Source: Chara braunii
Taxonomy: Eukaryota; Plantae; Charophyceae
Length of the DNA: 64,000 nt
Direction of reading: 5' to 3'
Assembly: GCA_003427395.1 (NCBI GenBank)
Contig: BFEA01000036.1
Span: 1,348,425 to 1,412,424 of the forward strand
Positions 43,968-55,100 of the stretch are shown piece by piece (positions within the stretch are counted from its first letter, which is position 1; every line of letters starts with the position of its first letter). The position numbers and the translations under genes are program-made. The notes beneath the pieces were generated by a model. That model did no database searches and had not been told where the DNA came from. It was given only the letters and a program-made list of their open reading frames with translations.

Positions 43968-44992
43968 TCATGTGATAAAACCACAGTCCGGGTGCTGATT
44001 GATTCCTCCGTACGACACCACCACCCACTCAGAAGGAGGATACCCATTGTCGCCCAAGATGTATCCGTTCGTCGTCACCCCTCCCGGCAGCGTCACAGGC
44101 GGCCCACGAAACAGCAATCCCTCTTCCGCGCGCCTCGACAGACTTGACAGCTGGATCACCCTAATGTCGTGGCAGCTACCCAGATATCCCACAAACACAT
44201 CAAGGACGCACAGATCCAGGTCCACCACAACTTGCGCAATGATGGGAAAACGGTGCTTGCGGTCGAATTAGTTCTCGCTAGGCGCGTTCGCCGGTTTGTC
44301 CACGTAGATGTGTGTGCAGTCAACTGCGCCATGGCAATTTGGAAAGCCCTTGTTCAGAAAAGCCCGTAGGACGACTTGTTTCCGCACCCCCGTCGGCCAC
44401 GATATCTTCTCCCCGTACACCCTCAAAATGGCGGTTGGCACATCGCGCACGGCTCGAACTCCGGAAGTCCTGCCCATGCCGAAGGATGATGTGCTGTTAT
44501 CGTAAGACTCTCCTGTGGCCCACCTATACAGCGCGTATGCGACGATCTGCTCCGGCTGCAGTGGCTCCCTGTAAAACGTCACCTGCTGCTGCACATGAGG
44601 CGCACATGCTTTGCTGATCTCCATGAACACTCTCCTCGACATGCGGAGCTTTTCCCGGAAGTAGTCCTCATCGCGTCATCGCAAACCCGTAAATCCTCCC
44701 AAGTCCCGCCAGCTCTCCGCCGCATCCACCAACGTGGCGTCGCCCGAGGAAGCAAACCTCTCCCGATAGCAGCACACAGCTGAACCACGGCTTGGGATGT
44801 GGTGATGCAGTCCGGGGCGTCCAACACCCTTTGCAGCAGTAGCCTCTGCCGCCGCCTCGAAAGCGCTGCCTTCATCCGCCCGGCCGCACTCTCGATTTGA
44901 AAACGACGGACAACGGCAACCGCAGCCGCCGCGACTGCTGTCTTCTCCGTTGTCGACAGCACAGCAGGTCCATCGCCATTGCAGCCGTCCAT
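43968..44992 (-). pseudogene. Harbinger DDE transposase (DDE_Tnp_4/HARBI1-like), disrupted and C-terminally truncated
   Basis: FRMSRRVF helix, GFPNCHGAVDCTHI (first D), GSCHDIRV, YILGDNGYP (second D). Frameshift ~44670, stop at 44268; the ERAFG segment with the catalytic E is absent. Confidence 0.93.
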
Positions 44993-45771
44993 CACGTCCC
45001 TCGTAGACAAAAAACGACGTCCACCACCGCCCACCTCCGTGCACGTATGCCGCCACGTGTTGAAGACGCCTGCAACCACGTCAGGAAGACAGCCCGGTCC
45101 AACGACGCGATTCCGATTGGAGCGTCCACCCACCACCGCTGGCGTCCACCCACCGCCGCGGCGCTTGCACGTGGCGAACGCGACTGATGTCTTCGTTTCG
45201 TCGCGTCGACCACACTTGACGCACTGGCGGTGCGGCGCCGCTGAAATACGCAACCCGATGGCAAACGAAACCCTGGTCGGGCGTAGGCAGGCACGCACAC
45301 CGACCCGCCTGTGCGCAGCCACCACGTCGCTCCGCAACATCAAAATTCAAAATTCGAATTTCGAAAGGGGATTTTCCCGCGTTGGCGTTTTATTTTCCAA
45401 GGGCCCGTGACGTCATCCCGCCGTCCGCGTTTTGGACCACCATCAGAGCTACACGGACATCCCGAATCGGAGGCCGGACATTCCTCTCGCGTCTGTGTAT
45501 AATCTAATTAAACTGGCCGCGGGAGGGCCCGAGGATTCGTCCTCGGGCATTTCTCCGAGGACAGGTGGAATGACACCTCCGAAAATCAAAAATTGCGCTG
45601 AGGTGTGTCGAACGACGCCCATAGTCCACCTGTGACCCGTGTGACGACACGGGTACCCAAAGTATCAAAAAATTGGCCGTACCAAATGCCGCAAAAAATT
45701 GAGACTTTAGGTCCTCGTGCGAGTATATGTCCTCAGTGACACTCTTTCTGTTCACTAGCAGCTACATGTGC

Positions 45772-46055
45772 TATTCTTTTCCCCACTAAAAAACGGACCG
45801 CTATTGAACCACTTGATCTCTGCAGGCATCCTGGCTCCCTATCAAATCCAGGGGTGAGGTCCCACTAGCAAAGAGGATTGGATTGAACGCCTGAATCTGA
45901 CCGCGTTTGTGAACAAGTGTGGAAACCGAGATTGAACTCCTTTTCTGCATCTCTGCCTAAAACACGCCCAGATTCAGGATCCAATCCCGGTTGCGACTGG
46001 GACCATGCTCCACATGGAACTAAATGAATGATAATTCCTGGAAGCAAAAAAAAAA
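45772..46055 (+). mobile_element. Poly(A)-tailed retroposed insert (SINE, LINE 3' end or ncRNA retrocopy)
   Basis: 13-bp TSD CAGCTACATGTGC at 45759-45771 and 46056-46068; A10 tail; internal long stem. Confidence 0.75.
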
Positions 46056-46086
46056 CAGCTACATGTGCAAACCATTCAGCCATACT

Positions 46087-46514
46087 GGGTCTCGCTCCAC
46101 TACTCTAGACTCTCGAAGTTTCGAGAGTAACGCCTCGCTCCACTTACTCAAGAGTTTAACTCGTGAAAACACCCTTCGAGAGCTGTCAGAAGGCGCTCTC
46201 GAAGGGCACTCTGGAGTAGTATAGAGTTTACATCCTGCGACGCTCACGATTTCCAGCGTCCTCCATCCTGCCGCCGCTCCGGCCTCTTTTTTCGTGAGTG
46301 TGCCTCCTGCCGCGACCGTCAGAGCGAGCTGGCGCTGTCGTGTAGCCCTGTAGAAGGGCTGTCATGTAGCGCTGAGAAATTCGTGAGTGCTTCTAGAGCT
46401 CTTGAGTCTGGAGTAAGTGGAGCGACGCCTCCTTTTTCACAAGTTCTAGACCTCTGACAGCTCTAGAAGCACTCACGGATTTTTCCGTGAATCGAGAGTA
46501 GTGGAGCGAGACCC
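46087..46514. mobile_element. Tourist-like MITE, short form of 23049-23887
   Basis: TIR GGGTCTCGCTCCACTACTCT / AGAGTAGTGGAGCGAGACCC; TSD ACT. Confidence 0.92.
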
Positions 46515-46846
46515 ACTATGGGCTGGGTAGAACAGTTACTGGCAACACTGTACTCCAGAGCAGTTTTGTCTTTTTCCACGGGCTGTGGGGGGTCCCAATA
46601 TTTCTTTTTAGGGGAAACTGCTCCTGAGTCAGCTTTTTAGTTTGAAATGGGCAAGAAAAGCCAAATTGGCGCCCATGTCATTGTTTGAATTTCAAAATGT
46701 GCAAGTTTAGCAGAAGGGATTGAAACTGCAGCCGTTTTTTCTTTTTTTTTTTTTCCCAAAACAAGCCAATTTATTTTTATTTTTATTTTTATTTTTATTA
46801 TTACTAGTTTTAACCCAAGGGGCAGCCAGTGTCGTATGATGATTCA

Positions 46847-47013
46847 GGGGTCGCCGCAAGGGACACCAAACGAAAAACAAAACGAGTGCATCTTCCCACA
46901 GAAAATGGCCAGGTTCATGGGTTTGCTATAAATAGTAATGAGTGTATTTTGTCACCTTTCATGGGCAGATGCACTCTTTTCATTTTCGTTTCGTGTGCCG
47001 TGTGGCGAGACCC
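46847..47013. mobile_element. Tourist-like MITE
   Basis: GGGGTCGCC..GGCGAGACCC ends, TSD TCA, inner arms GAGTGCATCT / AGATGCACTC. Confidence 0.75.
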
Positions 47014-47687
47014 TCAGGCACTCCGTCCTGGTTCATACGACAGCCTCTTTTGAATTTTACAAGCCAGAAAACGGGGCTGGCATCCCTCACAACATAGAAA
47101 AGGTTACAGGGTAAACTGTTTCCTTTGGCTGTAACCATGTCACCCTCAGCAAGGCAACAATCCCAATGTGAGCAGGCAACCCTAAGCTCCATTCAGGGGC
47201 AGCACAACAAACAACAAATTTAAAGAAATGAAGAATCCTAATTGTGCACAATGCAGATGACCTAAAAAACAGCCAGCCACAACAGAACCTACAAATGCAA
47301 AGCCTATCACCCTTGGATATCACCCAACCCTGCAGATCCACCCTGCCACCCACGCGGCAGGGATCTGTGACCAAAGACCCCGCAAACCCACCCACCTCCT
47401 CGCGATTCAAAGCAGATCTCTCCAACCCCCACGTTGCCTACCCTAAAAGACCAGCTCCCTCCATGAGGGTGTATCAGCAAACCATCAGAAATACCCTACT
47501 GACCGTTTTTTTTGGAAGTGGCTTGTTTCCAGAACTGCTACTAATTTAAAAGTTGCCTATTCCGAAGGCTAGGTGCAGTGCGACCAAAGAGTTCATGCCG
47601 CTTGTTTTTTTTTAAATAATTTTAGAAGCTCAAGTTTATTAGCTGGACCTGGCATCCAGTGCTGGCATCAGAAACTGTTTTTTTTCA

Positions 47688-47808
47688 GGGCATACTCACA
47701 CTCCGACTTTTTTTACTTATTTCCGGTTGCAATTGCTGTCAGATACATCCAGGTCCAGCCGTAATCATGGTCAGATACATTCAGGAAAGTGCTAGTGTGA
47801 GTACGCCC
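47688..47808. mobile_element. 121-bp Tourist-like MITE
   Basis: TIR GGGCATACTCACACT / AGTGTGAGTACGCCC; TSD TCA. Confidence 0.85.
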
Positions 47809-47969
47809 TCAGAAGTTTTCCCATGGCCCCTGGCGTTGAGTGTTTGCACCAGACATTGCCTTGTCCTTTTCCTTTCTTTTTTTTTTCTTCTTCTTCTTTT
47901 TTGCCCTCAGGCTGTCCTTTTTCTATGGTAAAGCTGACATTGCCTTGTCCTTTTCCTTCTTTTTTTTTT

Positions 47970-48259
47970 GGGAAAATTTTCGAAGTGCCCCCAAAGTTTG
48001 CGTTCATTTGCGGCGTGCCCCTGTGAAGGCCGACTTACACTGTGGTGCCCCTCGGGCCTCTGAAATTTCCACAGGCCCCTGTCAGCATGGGGCGTAACTT
48101 CCCTATATGCCCCTACTGGACCGCTGATGGCGTTTCGTAGGCCGGTCCTTGAAATGCCCTCACGAGGGGCACACATCTTTCTGTGATGCCCTTGCAGCAC
48201 TGGCGGCAGGAATTCGAATTCAAAGTGGTAGGCATTCCACGCGCTGCCATGGAAAAACG

Positions 48260-48297
<38 letters not shown>

Positions 48298-48400
48298 GCG
48301 TGTGTGTGTGTGTGTGTGTCTGTGTGTGTGCGCGCGCGTGTGTGCGTGTGTGTGTGTATATGTGTGTTGTGTGTGTGCGTGTGTGTGTNNNNNNNNNNNN

Positions 48401-48450
<50 letters not shown>

Positions 48451-49199
48451 ACCCGACCATGACAACGCTGACAGATGAAGATGACGAGGAAGATGCAAGA
48501 TAAGGAGAATGAGCATGATTTACGAGGACAAGGTTAGATACTAATGACATCAATCACATGTTGCAGCCACGTGGCTGGAAACTTGAGCTGCTTCACGCGG
48601 GGAGGGTTTTGGGGGGGAGGGGCGTCACATGTTGCAGCCACGTGGCTGGATCGTTTATCCATTTTCATTATTTTCCCTTTTTTTTTGGTGAGTGTGCGTC
48701 TCTGTGTGTGCGTCTCTGTGTGTGGGTGTCTGTGTATGTGTGTATGTGTGTGTGTGTATGTGTGTGTGTGTATGTGTGTGTGTGTGTGTGTGTATGTGTG
48801 TGTGTATGTGTGTGTGTGTGTGTATGTGTGTGTGTGTATGTGTGTGTCCATGCTCATCGGCAAATTTCTGATATGCCCTGGTAGCATCTCTCCCGGGGCC
48901 AGGGAAAAGACTGCGAGTGTCAACAACGGCCCCAGGGGCTCGCTGGAAAGATGTGGCAGTACCAATAAGGGCATATGGGAAACTTTTGTGCTGGTTCTCA
49001 ACGGCCATCTGGTAGGGGCATACTGAAAATTTGGTACTGGTACCGGTAGGGGTATATGAAACATTTTCAGGCCCAAACGACGCCAGGGGTTTTCTGGAAA
49101 CATCATTTGTCATCAGAGGGGCGCGACAAGGTAAGTCAGCCGTCAGAGGGGCACGCCGCAAATAAACGAAAACTTCAGGGGCATTTCGAAAATTTACCC
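47970..49199. mobile_element. Non-autonomous Mutator-like element with microsatellite-filled interior
   Basis: ~70-bp imperfect TIRs GGGAAAATTTTCGAAGTGCCCC.. / ..GGGGCATTTCGAAAATTTACCC; T9 on both flanks is compatible with a 9-bp TSD. Confidence 0.75.
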
Positions 49200-49507
49200 T
49201 TTTTTTTTCCCTCTTTTTTTTTGCCTTGTCCTTTTTTCTATGGTAAAGCTGATTTAACTGTCAGACTGTGTCTGGTTGCCCTGCTTGGACATTAGCTGGA
49301 CCTGGCATGCGGTGTTTGCATCATTCAGACGTTACTCTGCTGTGCAGCTGGATGGATTTTTTTCAGGGCTCTGCCATCCACTACTTCAGACAGAGCCCTG
49401 ACAATGGTTAACCCCACTGTATCTCTGGTCGGTGGGGCGAACACGTCGGATTGTCCGCGGTTCTATCTGTAGATTCAAGAACAGTAACTGTTTTTTTCTT
49501 GAAGTAA

Positions 49508-49620
49508 GGGCCTCGCCACACCACTGTCCAAACGAGAGAATAGTAACAGATGCATCTGATCACTTTCTGGGGAAGATACACTCTTACTTTTCTCTTTTCG
49601 ACAGTGGTGTGGCGAGGCCC
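49508..49620. mobile_element. 113-bp Tourist-like MITE
   Basis: Perfect 21-bp TIR GGGCCTCGCCACACCACTGTC; flanks TAA/TGA. Confidence 0.85.
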
Positions 49621-50878
49621 TGACACTGTAATGGCCCCGGCATTCAGTGTTATTTTAAGGTGTATTAATTCATGAGGATGCAAGGGACGCTGGACCCGGT
49701 TTCCAGCAGCTGTAGCTCCCCCCCCCACCACAATAGACGGGAGCAACTGGCTGTAGGGGTACTACTAGTAGAGGGTGTTACTCGCATCACTCCCTCTTGT
49801 AGTATCACTCCCTGATTAGAAAACCATTTGAATAGCTTGGTGGTGCTAGAAGTGTCTGCTCGTATCAGCACTCCTAGCATCTGCTCGGGTTTTTTTTTTT
49901 TTTTTTTTTAAAGAAAAAAGAAAAGAAAAGAAAAGAAAAGAAAAGAAAAGAAAAGAAAAGAAAAGAAAACCATTGAATTTTTGTGAGGGATGCCAGGCCC
50001 GCTTCCTGACAATTTAAGGACATTCTTTAAAAAAAAAGGAAAAAAAAAGGGATATATTAAGCCGAGCTCGAGCAGATTAAGGCTGTCCTGCTCTGAGGAT
50101 GGGTGACCTCTAGGGGGTAGCTTTCATTTACGTGGCGGAGAAGTGTCCACGTGGATGTCTCGGGACCATACCATTTAATTTATAATAATTAGGTGAAAAA
50201 AACGACATCAGGGTCACAACCTCAACAACCAACATCAATCACAAAAACAACAGAAGAAAGTACAACCACGAAAAATAAAATGAAAGCTACCCTCTAGGTG
50301 ATTAGCGAGGGGTCTAGGGGGGGAATGTCAACAGGTAGACTGCGGATAGGGGGCCCTTACATCTGCTGACAATAGGCTAGAAGAACCTCTAGATCGCAGC
50401 TACGGCAAAAACAGTGATACAAGTAACGGACAATACGACAACTTAGGGGAGGGATAGGATTGGCGTCTACCTATGGGACTTGTAGAAGAACGTCTAGTAC
50501 GCCTATCGCCAGAAGTACCCTGGCAGCAGGGTTCTTCCGACTATGCTTCGATCAGGGCTGGGTGGGGTAATTAGGGTCCTGCTTAGCCTTGGTACCTGCG
50601 ACGGCTGTCCCATCATGTCAGGTTGGCCCCTTCAAGATGATTGTGGGGTGACAGTCCTGAGTGATAGACGCTGAGGTAGGACGGTGGGGGTAGGTGTGCG
50701 CCAGGGATCATGATGAAATAGTGGTAGGTTGCCAATGGGAGGGAGTCCCGTAAGGAATAATGACCTCACCATCTTGATAACCAAAGGGGACTGTCATATG
50801 CCTAGTATCCTACTCGACAACAACCTGGGCTTTCAAAAAAAAAAAAAAAAAAAAAGGGACATCCTTACACTGGTCTAA

Positions 50879-51238
50879 GGGCGTACTCACACAGGGGTGG
50901 CAGTCTAGCAAAATCTGCTGAATTTTCTTTCCCATGTTTGCTGAGATCATACCCCGTCCGGTCACACATGGGTTGCAAATCAGAACGGACACGAGCGGGA
51001 CTCTCTGGCAATTGCAAAATTGGTGCCTCTCATGATCATAAAGCGTGGAAATTTTCTTTTAACAATTCCCAAAATGCGAAAGAGAATTTGTCACGGCCAA
51101 AAGAGAATTTGCCACCACCTCTCGACGTGGTAGCAAAATGCCCATCCCCGCGCCCCCCCAGGCCGCTGACAAATGCTACCCGGTTTGCAATTATGGTGGT
51201 CGGAAAACCCTAGTGTGGTTGTCCTTCGGGACATCCGT

Positions 51239-51270
<32 letters not shown>

Positions 51271-51279
51271 GGCCCCTGC

Positions 51280-51320
<41 letters not shown>

Positions 51321-51377
51321 ATAACAGCATAGCAGATTTTGCTATTTAGCAAAAAAAAACGCTAGTGTGAGTATGTC
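50879..51377. mobile_element. Tourist-like element of the GGGCRTACTCACA family, containing a U6 fragment
   Basis: GGGCGTACTCACAC / GTGTGAGTATGTCC ends; subterminal TAGCAAAATCTGCT / AGCAGATTTTGCTA; flanks TAA/TGA. Confidence 0.7.
51221..51318 (+). pseudogene. U6: 3'-truncated, polyadenylated U6 snRNA retrocopy
   Basis: GTCCTTCGGGACATCCGTTAAAATTGGAACGATACAGAGAAGATTAGCATGGCCCCTGCGC followed by ~37 A. The U6 3' half is missing. Confidence 0.95.
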
Positions 51378-52110
51378 CTGAGAGAGTGGCTGCGTGAATG
51401 AACCGGTGTAATCATTACCGCCGTCAGATACATCTAGGAACGTCCTACTGTCTTCACCTGAATAGAACACCTGGTCATTTTAGCTCTGTATTTTGGGGCA
51501 ACTTTAGGTCTAGATACAGCAGTAATGACCTATTCCGAGGATGATCATGGTAGTGTGACTCTGTGTGAGCATCCTGGTCAGTGGTCAGTGGGGCAAGCAA
51601 GTTGCACACATCTGGACTGCAAGTTTTGTGCTATCGAGAATGGTTTCTAAACCCTGGCTCGCCTTGCACCAGTCTGAGAATGTTTGTGACTGCCAGTGAA
51701 TGTAGGAGTAATGCTGGTCAGGTACATCCAGCAAACTGCCAATGTGAGTATTCCCTTAGTCTAGATTTCCACTTTGCCGCAACACTGAGTTGTTAGAGTT
51801 CGCAGTTCTCTCTAGTACTTGGTAGAAAAAAGTACGGACGCGGCAGGTTTCGAGTTCGCAAAGGCAAAAAAACAATACTCAATGCTGATGTCCTCATGGC
51901 ACTGAGTTTGAAATGGCAATTTCAGTCGAAATAGCTCGGTTGGCCCTTTTTTTTTCTTATTTTTTATTTTCCCTTCTTGCACCATGTGCTGCCCCTGTAG
52001 TCACAACACCTGTGCCTCGGCCGTGGTACTTCCATTTGTTCCATTGTTTTTTCAAACTCCGCAGCTGTTTGTTTTGCCGGCGTGTTTTTGTTTTTGCCAA
52101 CCAGAAACAC

Positions 52111-55100
52111 TTGCAAGGAATATGAGCTGGAACAGCATACAGAAAACCAAGTTGCGAAATCACACAGATGTCCAAGTAGTCGTGTACAAGCAGAGAGCAC
52201 AAATGCATTGAGATTCCATCTAAATAAGAGCAATACAATCCCTTCTGCGGATACTTCATGACCCAAGTACAAGATTTTAGCGCGACCAAACTCGCATTTC
52301 TCTAAATTTATCTTATACTTGTGTTGTCGGAGGAGAGAAAGAACTTTGTTTACATGCTGAGCATGCTCCTCGACAGTCCTACTGAAGATAAGAATGTCGT
52401 CGATGTACACGACGATAAACTTATCCAAGTAGTCATGAAAGATCCTATTTATGGCATGATGGGATGTACCCGGCGCATTGCAAAGGCCGGAGGGCATCAC
52501 CGCAAACTCGTACAGACCGTACCGGGTCTGAAATGCGGTTTTGTACTGATCTTCCGGTCTAATGGCAATCTGATGGTAGCCGGATTTCCAGTCTATCTTT
52601 ATGTAGTACTTACATCCCTGCAAGGCTGCACCCTATCCAATAGGTCATTGATGCGTGGTAGGGGCTCTGCATTCTACCAGTGATGACATTTAAGCCCCTA
52701 TAATCAATGCACATCCTTAGTGATCCCCCCTTCTTCGGAACGAATAGAACCGGTGACCCGAAGGGTGAGATGCTACGCCGTATCCAACCTTCCTCGGTGA
52801 GCTCTTTCAGTTGCCAACGAAGCTCGTCCAACTCGGCCGGAGCCATCCTATAGATTCTCCCTTTGGGTATTTTGCTCCCAAGGATAATCTCTATAGCATG
52901 GATAACCTCCCTATCTACGACACCTGTAGGCTTCTCAAACAAATCAGGGTACTTAGCGACGATATAGGATCCTCAAACAAATCAGGGTACTTAGCGACGA
53001 TATAGGCTCCTCAAACAAATCAGGATACTTAGCAACGACACCTTTTATCCCTGGGGTGATTTAACGGCCAAAGACAAAAACCAGATACATGCTCTCCTCT
53101 TGGTTCTGTTTATAATAATTATAGAAGCCCAATGCGCACAAACACCCATAGGAGTCAATTAACCTACTAGCCTTATACTTAGCTAGTCAAACGGTCCTCC
53201 CATTAGGCAATTCGTGCTTCAACACTTTCTTGTCCTTGTCGAACTGGGAATTGGCAACGTCGAGGTAGTACATACCGAACAACATGTCAAATGATAGGTC
53301 GTCCCGAACCAGAAACGAAATCCTATGATTGAGTTCCCTCCTGTATAAGAGAAAGTGCAGATTACATCCTTAACGTAGTCCTCCACCAACATGCGCTCTT
53401 TGTTGGCCAAAGTAGATGCTACCGGTCTAGTCAGGCGCTGCACCAAATCCTATAGGCGCAATCTCTCAACGCAGTTGCGAATTATAAAATTTAGTGGGAA
53501 ACTGATGTCTACGAAGGCACCACACTTGCGGTCATCCACACCAACTTCCACAACGAAGTGCTCCCCTCGAGGACCTCGACTTAGTGTCACCCAGGACTCA
53601 CGAGGTTCCCTTGCCGACCACTCACTTTGTGAGTCCTCTAAGGCCTCAGACACACCCAACGAGCAGAGTATCGTCGGGTCAGGATGCGTCTGCGGGGTGA
53701 CGAAGGAGTCAATAGCTTCGGCCAACTCTTGAAACGGGGAGGGTACATCACCCGCTTCAACGAGAGTAGAAGCAGGTACAACTTCTACTGGCCCTAGGTG
53801 TTTCCCGAGCTAGAGCTCGTAGAGGCCCCGCCTTGGGAAAAGAGAATCTCACCCTTAGGTGGTATCTTCTGCGAGACCTTTGGGTTGTTGCATTTGAACT
53901 GCTGATGACCATACTCGCCGCAATTAATGCAAGCACTTCGCGTATAACGGTCCCACCACACCTCTTGATCCAAACCCGCTCGAACCCAAGCTGCTATTTT
54001 GTTTGGGTTCGCGGTTTGCCTCTGACTCCTCTGTTAACCGCCCTTGTGGCGACCACCTGCCTTTCCTTTTACTACTGCAGCGAGGATGCTACCCTCAACA
54101 CTATCCTCATTGTCTAACTCTATACTGTCCACAAGATCTGAAAAATCCTCGATCTCGGTCTGAATACCATCAGCCTCGACCATCATCAACTAACTCCCCT
54201 TCTTGTTTCATTCTTGTGGATTCTTCTTCTTTCTTCTGTCCGTAGAGGGGGTTTGAACACTTCCTAGCACAGCCTCTAAATCTAAGGTCTTTTTGCCAAA
54301 GGTCTACAACGTCACCGTGTGATACTCCAACCGAGCTTTGATGCCTAATAAGTTCTTGATGTCTGTGGGAAGACACCTCAAGAACATGGTCAATAAGACC
54401 TGTGGATTGTATTGTACCCCAGGAATGACAATCAATCGCTCTATGGTAGAGATGAGCTCACGCACTGACTTGTATTTTTAGCATCAAGTTTCAACAAACC
54501 ATCAGTGACAATCTGTGTCTGCTGTGGGTTGCGCCATCGCGCTTCCAGCAAGTCCATAAAGCTCTCTAGGGTGCGAGTCTTAGCCCAATCACCTATCTTC
54601 CTGCCGAATCCCTTCGATACTACTAATCCGTTTAGCCAAGAGTTGCTGATCCCTCTAAGTAGGATGCAACAATTATCACTTCCTCTTCTACCAACGTTTT
54701 TTTTGCCCTTACCCACACTGGAACCATTCTCAACCATGAGTCGAAAGCCTCCTCCTTATCACATGAGAAGGTGGAGGGTGGTTTCAATGGGGCTTAGGGG
54801 TACGATGGTTACTGCTGTCCACTGGTGAGACAGGTGGCGGTTGTGGTGTAGCTCCAGTCGTTGGACCAGAAGATGAAGAAGCAACAATCTGTGTTGTTGC
54901 TGCTGATGTACCGCTTGGAGTGCTACCAGACTGAGGCAGGTACGGGCCTGTCATTGCCGAGAATGACAACGATGGCAAAACTGTTGGTTTGACTCCTGGT
55001 GGACCTGGCCTGTGCATGGTATTCAGGATCTGGTCTGGGATGTTCTGGATAGCGTCCAGTTTGTTGTCCATGTATGCGTGCATGGACATGATGCTCGCCT

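Larger units (their letters stand above)
38321..45620. mobile_element. PIF/Harbinger DNA transposon, 7.3 kb
   Basis: Perfect 21-bp TIR GGGCGTCGTTCGACACACCTC (38321-38341 / 45600-45620), 3-bp TSD ATA, convergent Myb/SANT and DDE transposase genes. Confidence 0.95.

Noticed and set aside
45790-45830. Faint resemblance to the U3 5' end or U2 antisense
   Set aside because: Too short and gapped; the remaining boxes and structure do not match.
51205-51368. TSD for the second U6 copy (AAAAC.CTAGTGTG) or a functional U6 gene
   Set aside because: The second match is ~40 bp from the poly(A) and belongs to the MITE end. The copy lacks the essential 3' half of U6.
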